A stretch of DNA of 64,000 bases from Clostridia bacterium. Lineage in GTDB: Bacteria; Bacillota; Clostridia; TANB77; UBA1234. This document shows positions 20,332 through 30,537 of this stretch, piece after piece. Under the pieces are notes generated by a model. That model did no database searches. It saw nothing but the letters and a program-made list of their open reading frames with translations, and was not told the DNA's origin. The stretch lies in the NCBI GenBank assembly GCA_017522765.1, contig JAFWYG010000005.1, positions 571,048 through 635,047 on the forward strand, in the 5' to 3' direction. The first letter of the stretch is position 1. Each line of letters starts with the position of its first letter. The position numbers and the translations under genes are program-made.

Positions 20332-21267
20332 CTACACCATTCCTACCTTTTTATAATACATATCTGCTATATATATGTCTAACTCTCTTGCTATTGATGG
20401 ACTTGCATTTATAAATGAGAATTTGCATTTTACTCTTTTCATAAATACTCTTTGTGTTTCTGCATCATTTGAGAATATTGCAGCTGCATATCCTGCACCT
20501 TCTTTGTTGATGCGATTAATAGCCTCTTCAAAATTTGCAACTCTTGTGCCTGGCAAGTCTGTTGCTAAACTTTCTTTTACATATAGTTGTATGTTGTAAT
20601 CTACTTTTGATAACAGCTCTTTTACAAACTTTTCGTTTTCTAAATCATCTACATATATTTCACCATGACCATAACCACTTTTTAGTGTGTTTAGGTTTAA
20701 TGAGTTTACTCTAGTTTGTTTTGCTCTATCTCCGATTACTATAATTTGATCTAGGTCTTCGTTGGCAAGCTCTTCATTTTCCGAAAAATTTATTTCGACC
20801 AAACCTGCTGGTTTGTTATTCTTTTCTAATATTTCTTTTATACTTTTTACAATTAAGTTGTTGGTACCGATGTAATCATTTATACCAACGTTTAATATGA
20901 TAGCATTATTTGTTTTTAATGCTTTGGTTATAAGCTCTATTGTGGCATAAACATCGCCGTTATATATTACTCCTATAACGCCCATGTTTTGTTTGAATTC
21001 AAGTACTCTTCTTTCATCTATCATTTCATGAACTTCAGTATCGGCAAATTGATAATCTATAGTATCTTGAACGGCATCCAACATTCTTTTAATTATTAGA
21101 TTTTCTTTCTTGTTTGTGCCTTCTTTATCCACTTCATAACATTGTTTCAAAGAGTCTTCGTTTGCATCAAGCATATCGTATATATCTCTCAATACTTTTT
21201 GAACACCATCTGTGCTTGCAAATGCCATTTCTCTCATCACTTTTATTCTTTCAGATAACTCGCTCAT
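20332..21267 (-). CDS. ProA-like (gamma-glutamyl phosphate reductase / ALDH superfamily) domain protein, short
   Basis: MGVIGVIYNGDVYATIELITKALKTNNAIILNVG resembles the ProA NAD-binding motif. RBS AAAGGAG before the internal ATG (MSELSERIK). It is shorter than canonical ProA. Confidence 0.4.
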   Translation of the reverse strand: MSELSERIKVMREMAFASTDGVQKVLRDIYDMLDANEDSLKQCYEVDKEGTNKKENLIIKRMLDAVQDTIDYQFADTEVHEMIDERRVLEFKQNMGVIGVIYNGDVYATIELITKALKTNNAIILNVGINDYIGTNNLIVKSIKEILEKNNKPAGLVEINFSENEELANEDLDQIIVIGDRAKQTRVNSLNLNTLKSGYGHGEIYVDDLENEKFVKELLSKVDYNIQLYVKESLATDLPGTRVANFEEAINRINKEGAGYAAAIFSNDAETQRVFMKRVKCKFSFINASPSIARELDIYIADMYYKKVGMV

Positions 21268-21367
21268 AACGTTTTCTCCTTTGTAACCCATATATAAAAA
21301 TTTTAACATTTTTGGCAATTTGTGTCAACGCATGTACCCAACCGAGGCAACGGCTTTCCATATAAAA

Positions 21368-21400
21368 AACAGCGCCCCTCACGGGACGCCGTTTCTTGCT
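21368..21400 (-). terminator. Intrinsic terminator
   Basis: Minus strand ggcgtcccgtgaggggcgc followed by TGTTTTTT. Confidence 0.5.
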
Positions 21401-21814
21401 TTAATATAGGATCCAGAAGATAAATGCACTGATATATCCATATATCTTAGCTAAAAATAGAACACCGAAAGCAATGCTTGAAGCTAAATTGTGGGTGCCC
21501 ACGCAAAGGAAGCCCACTAACAAGCAAGTTACAACCACTACAACACATGCCAAAGAATTAGCCATCATGCATTTGCCAGCACGCGTATTGCGGTGATCAC
21601 TTCCATGGACAAACAACGCTAACATGCACAGCGCCCACACCATTAAGGTTGCACCAAGCAATCTTACGAAGTCGTTGGATGCAGTGCCACTTTTGTAGAT
21701 ACTTACCACATCTTCAAGATACATGTTGGTAAGCCCCAAAAATGTGCTAACTAGCAAAGCAATGAATGCAATTGCAGGGAGCCAGCTTTCGTTTCTACGT
21801 TCGTTTTTTCTCAC
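21401..21814 (-). CDS. Small 4-TM membrane protein, hypothetical, in a high-GC islet
   Basis: GTG start after GGAGG. About 47% GC against a 28% background. Four predicted TM helices. Confidence 0.5.
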   Translation of the reverse strand: MRKNERRNESWLPAIAFIALLVSTFLGLTNMYLEDVVSIYKSGTASNDFVRLLGATLMVWALCMLALFVHGSDHRNTRAGKCMMANSLACVVVVVTCLLVGFLCVGTHNLASSIAFGVLFLAKIYGYISAFIFWILY

Positions 21815-22059
21815 TTTAATACCTCCGTGAGAGCTTTTCAGCTTTCGCTTACTCAGATGAGAGTTTTGTGAATCGCACTCTCTTGCGAAAATAATTGAGT
21901 TGTCTTCTTTAATTGAGAAGACCGTTAGACAGACATGTCATAACAGTATTATTATAGCATATTTTAGCCTCTTTTTCAAGTTTTTACCAATTTCATCCCA
22001 CAATGAGTTCGTCCCCCAGCGGGACAAAAAAAGACGCCGAATAGTCGGCGCCATTAAAA

Positions 22060-23703
22060 TTATATTCTTGCGAATCTTTTTTGGATTCTTTCTGTTCCAA
22101 GATTTTTTAGAATTTCATATAGGTCTGGTGTATTTTTTCTACCAGTTAAAGCTACTCTTATTACTGTGCTTATATCTCCTACATGTCCTTTATAGTTTTC
22201 TGGGTTTTGTTTGTATTCTTTTACTTCTCTTGCGTAACCTAATTTTTCAGCTACGTCTTTCATTTTGCCGAACCATGTGTCTTTGTCATCAGCTGCATCG
22301 TATACTTTCATATACTCATCAAGAATTGCTTTGATTTCAGCTTTGTCTGTTACACTTTGCCATTCGTCTTCATGTTCTTTTTCAAAGAATACTTCATCAT
22401 ATAAATACTCTAAGTTGTCTCTTAATTCAGACCATTTAGCTATATCTTTTCTAACTTTTGTTCCTGTTCTTTCGATGTTTAATATGTTCTTTGTAAACTC
22501 AGCATGTGTTTTCATAAGTTCAGCTAAATCTTTATCATATTCTTCAGCCCATTCTAATCCTTCACTGTATACCTTGTCCGCTGTAAAGAATGATATTGTA
22601 TTTTTAGCTACGTCGTTTAATTTTACTAAATCAAATAACGCACCGCTTGAACTTATTTTGTGTGGGTCTACTTTAAACTCAGCTAAATCTGCGTGTGGAT
22701 TTTGTTTTCTCCACATTTCGAAGTTTGAGTTTAATATATTCATCAAGTAATCGATAACTGCTTCTTTTGGAATTCCGTTATCTTTATAATATGAAGCAGA
22801 AGCTTCTGGATCTTTTCTCTTACTAATTTTTCTCTTGCTTCCATCTTCTTCTTTCATAATTGTTGGTGTATGAATATATTCAGGCATATCAAATCCTAAA
22901 GCCTTGAACAATTCTACATGTAGTGGTACTGATGAAATCCATTCTTCTCCTCTGATTACGTGTGTAGTTCTCATTAAATGATCATCTACCGCGTGTGCAA
23001 AGTGATATGTTGGAAGTCCATCAGATTTGATAATTACTATATCTTGTACATTTTCAGGAAATTCAATTATTCCTCTGATCATGTCTTTAAATCTAATTTT
23101 TCTGCTCATGCTTCCTTGAGATTTAAGTCTGATGATATATGGATCTCCTTTTTTGATTCTTTCTATCATTTGACTTTCGCTCATTTTTCTGCACGCTGCA
23201 AAATCACCATAGTAACCTGGAACTATCTTTAATTTTTCTTGTCTTTCTCTTATTACATCAAGTTCTTCTGCTGTACAGAAACAAGGATATGCTAAACCTT
23301 TTTCAATTAAAGATTTCGCATAGCATTGGTAAATATCTTTTCTTTGACTTTGGATGTATGGGCCATAGTTCCCATTGCTTCCTTCTGTGCCTTTTGGACC
23401 TTCGTCAAATTCTATTTCAAATACTTTTAGACCATTGATTACAAGATTGATACCATCATCAACTTCTCTTTTTCCATCAGTATCTTCAATTCTTAGATAA
23501 CAAACACCGTTTGTCTGTGTTGCTAATCTTCTATCTAGGTTAGCACCAAATAGTGAACCTACATGTATAAAACCTGTTGGGCTTGGAGCAAATCTTGTTA
23601 CCATAGCTCCTTCAGGTAAGTTTCTCTTTGGATATAATTCTTCGTAATATTCTGGTGTTTTGTCTATATTAGGAAACACCAACTCTGCTAATTCTTTACT
23701 CAT
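22060..23703 (-). CDS. gltX: Glutamate--tRNA ligase
   Basis: VTRFAPSPTGFIHVGSL (HIGH region, GluRS class I) and KISKRK (KMSKS-like). 547 aa. Confidence 0.9.
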   Translation of the reverse strand: MSKELAELVFPNIDKTPEYYEELYPKRNLPEGAMVTRFAPSPTGFIHVGSLFGANLDRRLATQTNGVCYLRIEDTDGKREVDDGINLVINGLKVFEIEFDEGPKGTEGSNGNYGPYIQSQRKDIYQCYAKSLIEKGLAYPCFCTAEELDVIRERQEKLKIVPGYYGDFAACRKMSESQMIERIKKGDPYIIRLKSQGSMSRKIRFKDMIRGIIEFPENVQDIVIIKSDGLPTYHFAHAVDDHLMRTTHVIRGEEWISSVPLHVELFKALGFDMPEYIHTPTIMKEEDGSKRKISKRKDPEASASYYKDNGIPKEAVIDYLMNILNSNFEMWRKQNPHADLAEFKVDPHKISSSGALFDLVKLNDVAKNTISFFTADKVYSEGLEWAEEYDKDLAELMKTHAEFTKNILNIERTGTKVRKDIAKWSELRDNLEYLYDEVFFEKEHEDEWQSVTDKAEIKAILDEYMKVYDAADDKDTWFGKMKDVAEKLGYAREVKEYKQNPENYKGHVGDISTVIRVALTGRKNTPDLYEILKNLGTERIQKRFARI

Positions 23704-23742
23704 TGTATTTCTCCCCTTTTTATGAAAGTTATCTTTATAAGA

Positions 23743-24597
23743 TTATTCTCCCATTTTTCTTGCTACAAAAAATCCAATTACAAAAGTAATTATTGAAGCT
23801 ATCACAGTAAGTGCTGTGCAGCCTGCAAAACTTACTCCGTATAATATTGCAAATGGCGATGTAACAACCAAACCAATTATACCCCACATTGTCGCATTTG
23901 GGTATCTTTTTAGTAATTTCTCTATAATTTTTGCTATTACAACTACTCCTGCAATTACACCTATTCCAAACGGAATCAATGTTTGACAAGCAACCAAAGC
24001 TGTTGCAAAGTCTAACGCCACCGCTGCTTTTATAAAAGTACTAATAGTGCTAATTATCGTTTCATAGTAGCCTAACATCATAAGCATCATCGAACCGCTT
24101 ACACCAGGTATTATCATTGTACCTGCCGAAATCACTCCAAGTCCTGCAAATATTAAAACTGAAAGTAAACTAAACTCCACCGTCTTCATTGCATCTGCAG
24201 CACCTGCTGTAACTATTGTGGGAATTATAATTATAGCAGCCATTATTGCTAGTGTTATTAGATGTGTTGTTTTAAACTTTTCACCCTTTACTCTTCCATA
24301 TATAGAAGGTAGGCCTCCAAGTATCAATCCAACAAAAGCAAGTAACGTAGGAATTTGGAAGTTTGTCAAACAATATTCTATAAGAAATGTAAAGCAAACA
24401 ATTCCAGCTACAAGTCCAATTCCATAAGGAAGTAATGTTTTTAAACTTCCTTTAAAATCTTTCCATATATTATTTACTGCTCCAAGAATTTTTTCGTATA
24501 CTCCCATAGAAAGTGCTATTGTTCCGCCACTAAGGCCAGGAATTATATTAGCAACTCCTATGAAAACACCTTTTAAAATTTCTTTTAAGTATCCCAT
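23743..24597 (-). CDS. DUF368 family membrane protein (undecaprenyl-phosphate translocase UptA/PopT-like)
   Basis: Duplicated GLSGGT / PGVSGS motifs in a polytopic membrane protein. Confidence 0.75.
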   Translation of the reverse strand: MGYLKEILKGVFIGVANIIPGLSGGTIALSMGVYEKILGAVNNIWKDFKGSLKTLLPYGIGLVAGIVCFTFLIEYCLTNFQIPTLLAFVGLILGGLPSIYGRVKGEKFKTTHLITLAIMAAIIIIPTIVTAGAADAMKTVEFSLLSVLIFAGLGVISAGTMIIPGVSGSMMLMMLGYYETIISTISTFIKAAVALDFATALVACQTLIPFGIGVIAGVVVIAKIIEKLLKRYPNATMWGIIGLVVTSPFAILYGVSFAGCTALTVIASIITFVIGFFVARKMGE

Positions 24598-24625
24598 CGC
24601 TTTTCCTTTCGTATATTAACTCTGA

Positions 24626-26647
24626 TTAATATTCTATTTCTGAAATTATTGGAATTATCATTGGGTTTCTTCTAGTTTTTGTGAATACAAAGTCGTGAAC
24701 TGTATCTTTAATTCTTGTTTTGATTGTGCCCCAATCTTTGATTCCATTTGCTTGAATTTTTTCCAAATCTTTTAATAATTCTTTTCTCATAGCTTCCATT
24801 AAATCTTCAGATTCTCTAACATATACGAATCCTCTAGAAATAACGTCTGGACCAGACATGATTTGACCACTCTTGCTATCCATTGCTATTACTACAATTA
24901 TTAATCCATCTTGTGATAAATGTTGTCTATCACGAAGAACGATATTTCCAACGTCTCCAACACCTAAGCCATCAACTAATACTTGACCGGCTGGTATTGA
25001 GCCTGTTACTTTACAGAAATTTTTATCTAATTCTAATACATTACCATTTGATAATAATGTGATGTTATCTGGATCAACTCCAACTTTAACAGCTGTTTCA
25101 GCATGTGCTTGAAGATGTCTAAATTCACCATGGACTGGTATAAAATATTTAGGCTTAACTAATGATAAAATTAGTTTTTGTTCTTCTTGGCACGCGTGTC
25201 CAGAAACGTGAATGTCTTTTAATGTATGATAAATAACTTCTGCACCAATTTTAAATAAATCATCAATTACATTTGAAACTAATTTTTCATTACCTGGAAT
25301 TGGTGTTGCAGAAATGATTACTAAGTCTCTATTTGTAATAGTAACTTTTCTATGAGTACCTGCTGCCATTCTTGAAAGACCAGACATTTCTTCGCCTTGG
25401 CTTCCTGTTGTAACAAGTACTAATCTATCTGGAGCATAATTATCTATCTCATCCATATCTATAAGTATGCCATCTGGAATATCTAGATAACCTAAATCTT
25501 TCGCAACTTTCATTACATTTTCCATACTTCTTCCACAGATTGCAACTTTTCTATCATTCTTTGTTGCAGAATTAACAATTTGTTGAACCCTGTGAATATT
25601 TGAAGCGAATGTAGCTACGATAATTCTCTTTTGACATCCGGCAAAAATGCCATCGAATACTTTACCAACATTTCTTTCAGACATTGTGTATCCTTCTCTT
25701 TCGGCATTTGTACTATCTGCCATCAAAGCAAGTACACCTTGTCTACCAAGTTCAGCAAATCTTGGTAAGTCGATTACTTTACCGTCGATTGGTGTGTAGT
25801 CAACTTTAAAGTCACCAGTGTGAATTACTGTACCAACAGGTGTTGTAATAGCTAGTGCTACTGCATCTGCGATAGAGTGATTTACTCTGATAAATTCTAT
25901 TTTAAAGTTACCAAGCTTAATAACGTCTCCCGCTTGAATACATTTAAGAGCTGTTCCTCTAACTAATTTGTGTTCTTCTAATTTATTTTTTATTAAACCT
26001 AAAGTTAATCTTGTACCATAAATAGGTGTGTTAATTTCTTTTAACACATAAGGTACTGAACCGATGTGATCTTCGTGTCCGTGAGTAATAATCATACCTT
26101 GAAGTTTTTCTTTATTTTTAGTTAAGTATGAGAAATCAGGTATAACAAGGTCAACACCCAACATATCATCTTCTGGGAACGCCACACCACAGTCAACAAG
26201 TATCATTTCGTTTCCATACTCAAATACTGTCATGTTCTTTCCTACTTCTTCTAATCCTCCAAGTGGAATGATTTTTAATCTATCTCTTGCTATTCTAATA
26301 TTTTTCTTTTCTAATTTTTCTTCTTTTTGTGCTACTGCTTTCTTAATCTCTGCAGCTTTTTCTTGCACTTTCTTCTCAGCTTTTGGTTCTACTTTTTCTC
26401 TACCCTTTTGCTGTAGTTTTGGTTTGGCTGCTTGTTCTAATTTCTTTCTTCCAGCCATTTTGTTCTTTTCAAATCTTGAAGAAATAGATGTTGATATTTC
26501 TAATGTTTCAAGATTGTTAGTTTCCTTATTATTAGTTGCCTTAGTTTCTTTTGCAGCATTAGTTTTTTTAGTATCTCTAAAACTTTTGCCAAAAGATCTA
26601 CGTGGCTTTTTAGAAACATTTCCGTTCGATTTTGTTTCTTCTGTCAA
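24626..26647 (-). CDS. rnj: Ribonuclease J with a Lys/Glu-rich N-terminal extension
   Basis: Metallo-beta-lactamase HxHxDH motif (ITHGHEDHIGSVPY), a beta-CASP region and the typical RNase J C-terminus. The first 130 aa or so are low-complexity K/E-rich. Confidence 0.9.
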   Translation of the reverse strand: MTEETKSNGNVSKKPRRSFGKSFRDTKKTNAAKETKATNNKETNNLETLEISTSISSRFEKNKMAGRKKLEQAAKPKLQQKGREKVEPKAEKKVQEKAAEIKKAVAQKEEKLEKKNIRIARDRLKIIPLGGLEEVGKNMTVFEYGNEMILVDCGVAFPEDDMLGVDLVIPDFSYLTKNKEKLQGMIITHGHEDHIGSVPYVLKEINTPIYGTRLTLGLIKNKLEEHKLVRGTALKCIQAGDVIKLGNFKIEFIRVNHSIADAVALAITTPVGTVIHTGDFKVDYTPIDGKVIDLPRFAELGRQGVLALMADSTNAEREGYTMSERNVGKVFDGIFAGCQKRIIVATFASNIHRVQQIVNSATKNDRKVAICGRSMENVMKVAKDLGYLDIPDGILIDMDEIDNYAPDRLVLVTTGSQGEEMSGLSRMAAGTHRKVTITNRDLVIISATPIPGNEKLVSNVIDDLFKIGAEVIYHTLKDIHVSGHACQEEQKLILSLVKPKYFIPVHGEFRHLQAHAETAVKVGVDPDNITLLSNGNVLELDKNFCKVTGSIPAGQVLVDGLGVGDVGNIVLRDRQHLSQDGLIIVVIAMDSKSGQIMSGPDVISRGFVYVRESEDLMEAMRKELLKDLEKIQANGIKDWGTIKTRIKDTVHDFVFTKTRRNPMIIPIISEIEY

Positions 26648-26668
26648 ATTTTATCCTTCCTTTCTTTT

Positions 26669-27808
26669 TTATGAGATTCTTTCATATTTCATTTTTGGAT
26701 TTTTCTCCATAACGTTCAACCAATAATATAAATCAAATGTAACTTCTTTTTCTCCACCAGTTGCACGAACTCTTGGTAAAGTCAAAAGATTGTTCTTGCC
26801 CGAATTTGGCGCATACACAGGTTCAGCTCCAACCAAAAGTACTACTTTATTTTCGTAATTTTGTCCTTCATAAGAACCTTTCGCGATATATGATCTATAT
26901 TCTTTTGATGATACTCCATTAGGTAATGCAAGAGCATTTATTTCATAGCCGTTTGTTAATTTTTTCACAGTATTAGCTAAGCTTCCGATTTCTTTTTGAA
27001 TTTCATCTTTAGAAGCTTTACCTAAATTAACATGACTACTTGTGTGATTGCCGATTTCAAATCCTCTTGAAACAAGATAGTTTAATCTTTCTTCGTTTGT
27101 TCCCTCACCTGCAAAGAAAGTACTATTTATAAAAAATGTTCCGTTAAGGCCGAATTCTGGATACTCTTTATAAAACTTCTCCATAATTCCAACTGCCGAG
27201 TCTGGATTTGCAACTAGTTCACCCTTCTCATTTTTCACTAAATTAAATTGACCTTTTGTTCCATCGTCAAATGTGAAAATGATAGGTGTACAACCAACAG
27301 GCACACTCATAGTGTTGTTGATGTAATCTGTCAAAGAGACAGTTCTATATCCGTGATCATAAAGGTATTTTAAATCCTTGTAAAAATTATCATAAGAACG
27401 AGTCCATTCATCAGGTTCTGTACTCGCAAACTTATGGAACATCACGATAATAATTCTACCTGCTTCGTTGTATACACACTTATTATCTATATTCAAATTT
27501 CCAGTGACTTTCTCGTTTTCATCAGAAGGAGTTACCATCTCATTTGTAACTTCTTTTTCACCTGATGGTTCCGGAAAATCATAATCTACTTTGTCCTTTT
27601 CTACGTTTTCGCCAGAAGTAACTACTTGTACAGGTTCGTTTTCATCTCCTGAAACGTCATTTACTTCACCCGAAATAACTTCATTTTCTATTTCATTATC
27701 TGGGTTTTCTATAGGAATAAATAGATTTCCGCTCTTACAACCAACGGCGATTAGTATAACATATATAAAAAGTAAAGTCAATATAGTCAACATAATATAT
27801 TTCTTCAT
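26669..27808 (-). CDS. Polysaccharide deacetylase family lipoprotein (NodB domain)
   Basis: Lipobox LIAVGC, FTFDDG and GNHTSSH motifs. Confidence 0.8.
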   Translation of the reverse strand: MKKYIMLTILTLLFIYVILIAVGCKSGNLFIPIENPDNEIENEVISGEVNDVSGDENEPVQVVTSGENVEKDKVDYDFPEPSGEKEVTNEMVTPSDENEKVTGNLNIDNKCVYNEAGRIIIVMFHKFASTEPDEWTRSYDNFYKDLKYLYDHGYRTVSLTDYINNTMSVPVGCTPIIFTFDDGTKGQFNLVKNEKGELVANPDSAVGIMEKFYKEYPEFGLNGTFFINSTFFAGEGTNEERLNYLVSRGFEIGNHTSSHVNLGKASKDEIQKEIGSLANTVKKLTNGYEINALALPNGVSSKEYRSYIAKGSYEGQNYENKVVLLVGAEPVYAPNSGKNNLLTLPRVRATGGEKEVTFDLYYWLNVMEKNPKMKYERIS

Positions 27809-27985
27809 AATTCAATAAAACCTCCTTCGTTTCATGAAAATTTTACCCTATTTTTGAGTTTTTCTCAATTTTTTACAAGCATTTTTTGAATATTATTTTG
27901 AAAAATTTAAGATACTAAATGTGAATTCATAGATTTTAAACTTAGCAGCGCTTTGCGCAGTTCTATGAATTCCAGGAGGTTTAAT

Positions 27986-28480
27986 ATGTTTAACAAGAAA
28001 ATGCTTTTAACACTTACTCTAGTGCTAAGTTTAATGAGTTTTTCTTTTGTATTTGCTGCTAATGGAAATGGAGCAGTTGCCAATACAACTGGTGGTACAA
28101 CAACCAGAACCACTTCAACAGATACAAAAAACTCTATGTCAAACGCAGTAGATAACGTTGGAAATACTGCAGGCAATATGGTAAGTGATGCTGCTACAGG
28201 TATTGGTGGTGTTATAAACGGTGCTGGAAGTGCTGTAAATAGCGTTGGGAATGCCGTTACTAGAATGGGTCAAGATTTAGACAATGGTATGTCTGGAGGT
28301 AATGATTCAAGAACTGGTACTGACTCTAGAACTTATGATGCTACTAGAACTGCTACAACAGATAACGGAGAAACCACTACTATGTGGACTTGGGTTATCG
28401 TGATAGTTGCTGCAGTGGCGATATTTGGATTGATTGGATATTATGGTATGTCTGGCGATTCGAAACGTGATAACTATTAA
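27986..28480 (+). CDS. Secreted Gly/Thr/Asn-rich low-complexity protein with a C-terminal TM anchor
   Basis: RBS AGGAGG before MFNKKM. Signal peptide, low-complexity repeats, and C-terminal WTWVIVIVAAVAIFGLIGYY. About 43% GC. Confidence 0.5.
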   Translation: MFNKKMLLTLTLVLSLMSFSFVFAANGNGAVANTTGGTTTRTTSTDTKNSMSNAVDNVGNTAGNMVSDAATGIGGVINGAGSAVNSVGNAVTRMGQDLDNGMSGGNDSRTGTDSRTYDATRTATTDNGETTTMWTWVIVIVAAVAIFGLIGYYGMSGDSKRDNY

Positions 28481-28500
28481 TCGCGTATTTTAGTTTTCTA

Positions 28501-28585
28501 TAGCAATAACCCTTTATCGTCGCCGTGCTGTACTCGGAACTAAAGTTCCTGCGAGCGCACTTCTCGGATAAAGGGATTATTGCTT
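28501..28585. repeat. Copy 1 of an ~80-bp hairpin element with a conserved 48-nt GC-rich core; an inverted copy lies at 41316-41393
   Basis: Terminal inverted repeats caataaccctttatc / gataaagggattattg flank the core gtcgccgtgctgtactcggaactaaagttcctgcgagcgcacttctc. Confidence 0.6.
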
Positions 28586-28660
28586 TACATACTAATGAAC
28601 TATATTTCTGATTAATATGAAAAGAGTGGTCTCGCCAGACCACTCTTTTGCATCTTTTTG

Positions 28661-29836
28661 TTAGTTCTGGATTTGGTTCCAGATTGTGCCTACCATTTGT
28701 GTTAGTTCGCAGTATTGTTCCTCTATACTTTGAAGGAGTGCGATTTGCACTCTGGCGCGCTCTAAATTTTTAGTTTCGCGATTGTACATCCTGCCATTTT
28801 CATCAGGAACCAAATTGCTGAAATACTTATCTCCATCGAGATAGTCTGTCAAAAATCTAAGTGCTTGCTCATACGTAATTATCCATGCTGCATCAACCAA
28901 CATATCCACTTCACGCTGAGTAATTACTTCTTTCATTGTGGTCAAAAGACCTTTTACCAAATATGCGAATTTTTGACTATCGAAATGAACTTTTTCTGCT
29001 TCAACAGATTCTTCACTTTCAGTGTTGCATGCATATCTTGCAGCATCGCCTAAATCGTAAAGAACTGTGCCTGGCATAGTGGTATCCAAATCGATGATTG
29101 TTTTTTCCAGACCAGTATATGTGTCAAATAATACATTGTTGAGCTTGGTATCGTTGTGCGATACACGCTTTGGAATTTTTCCTCTTTCCAAAGGATGAGT
29201 AATCGCATCTGCGCGATAGCTTCTCAACACCAAAAACGTGATCTCTTCCATGCATGTTTTGGAACGTTTATATTCATCATCAGCAAGGATGCCTTCAAAT
29301 GTTTTGAAACGTGCCGGCGTGTTGTGAAAATCTGGAATTGTTTCTACAATTTGCTCAAATTTTTCTTTTGGTAAGTCCGAAAGTTGGAGTGAAAACTTAC
29401 CAATCATTCTTCCAAGCGCCAAAAAATCTGCCTCAGATTCTGGTGTGTTCTTTGTTCTTGATTCAATGTAATCACAAACAGTCCAATACTTTTGAGTTTG
29501 AGCGTCAAAATAAACTGTCGGTGATTCGCAGGTCAACTCCCCAATAACCGGATGGAAATACAGGGTTGTTTCACCTTTGTTACGAATGTGTTCAGTAATA
29601 ATTTGTGTGTTGTTCATCATAGCGACAAAATTTTTGAAAACGTGCGTGTTGATTGCCCGAAAAATAAAGGCTTTAAAACCCGCACCCTCAAAAGAAATTG
29701 CCACCTTATATGTCTTGTTGATTCTGCCGTTGTCGATTGGTTCAATAGACATTATCTTGCCTGCCAATCCTTCAAAATGTTCCTGAACCCTCCGTATTTC
29801 CTGGAGTTGTTCTTGAGATATTCCCTTAATTACCAT
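28661..29836 (-). CDS. Phosphotransferase-family kinase (APH/NahK-like)
   Basis: HNDTKLNNVLFD catalytic-loop-like motif and IDLDTTMPG (DFG-like). About 42% GC. Confidence 0.55.
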   Translation of the reverse strand: MVIKGISQEQLQEIRRVQEHFEGLAGKIMSIEPIDNGRINKTYKVAISFEGAGFKAFIFRAINTHVFKNFVAMMNNTQIITEHIRNKGETTLYFHPVIGELTCESPTVYFDAQTQKYWTVCDYIESRTKNTPESEADFLALGRMIGKFSLQLSDLPKEKFEQIVETIPDFHNTPARFKTFEGILADDEYKRSKTCMEEITFLVLRSYRADAITHPLERGKIPKRVSHNDTKLNNVLFDTYTGLEKTIIDLDTTMPGTVLYDLGDAARYACNTESEESVEAEKVHFDSQKFAYLVKGLLTTMKEVITQREVDMLVDAAWIITYEQALRFLTDYLDGDKYFSNLVPDENGRMYNRETKNLERARVQIALLQSIEEQYCELTQMVGTIWNQIQN

Positions 29837-30021
29837 GAGATTATCCTCCTATGTGTGATTTTCCTAATATGTCTTTTGTACTTTCAAGCGAATTCTACCA
29901 CTTTGATTTTTAAAATCAACTCTTGATTTTTCTAAAAAGATGCTTTATAAGTCCTTTATTACCTAATATTGCAGTGAAAACTATTCTATGCTATAATTAG
30001 CTACGTTAGTTAGGAGGATTT

Positions 30022-30489
30022 ATGGCTAAAAATAATGATGATAAAAGAATTATCGCCACTAATAGCAAAGCCTTCCATGATTACTTTATAGATTCTAGAA
30101 TGGAATGCGGTATCGCACTCGCTGGTACTGAAGTTAAGTCTATTAGAGATGGCAAAGTGAATATGAAAGATAGTTATGCCACAATTAAAGATGGTGAACT
30201 TTTTATAAATGATCTACACATTAGTCCCTATGAAAAAGGAAACATTTTTAATAAGGACCCTATGAGAAAAAGAAAACTACTTGTGCACAAACAAGAAATT
30301 TTAAAACTTGTAGGAATGGTAAAACAAAAAGGTGTTGCGCTTATTCCGCTTTCAATGTATTGGGATAAGAATCACGTAAAGGTTGAACTTGGTGTGGCTC
30401 GTGGTAAAAAGTTATATGACAAACGTCAAGACATCGCCAAGAAAGATGCCGAAAGACGAATTGCACAACACATGAATGAGCGTGGATAA
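30022..30489 (+). CDS. smpB: SsrA-binding protein
   Basis: Typical SmpB sequence ([13 protein letters not shown]...[17 protein letters not shown]...LLVHKQEI). Followed by the terminator aaaagcttgtaacgaaaagttacaagctttt. Confidence 0.95.
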   Translation: MAKNNDDKRIIATNSKAFHDYFIDSRMECGIALAGTEVKSIRDGKVNMKDSYATIKDGELFINDLHISPYEKGNIFNKDPMRKRKLLVHKQEILKLVGMVKQKGVALIPLSMYWDKNHVKVELGVARGKKLYDKRQDIAKKDAERRIAQHMNERG

Positions 30490-30537
30490 AATTTAGAAAA
30501 AGAAAAGCTTGTAACGAAAAGTTACAAGCTTTTTATT

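Noticed and set aside
23704-23742. T-box leaders upstream of gltX and ileS
   Set aside because: The upstream intergenic spacers are only about 40 and about 70 bp, too short for a T-box riboswitch.
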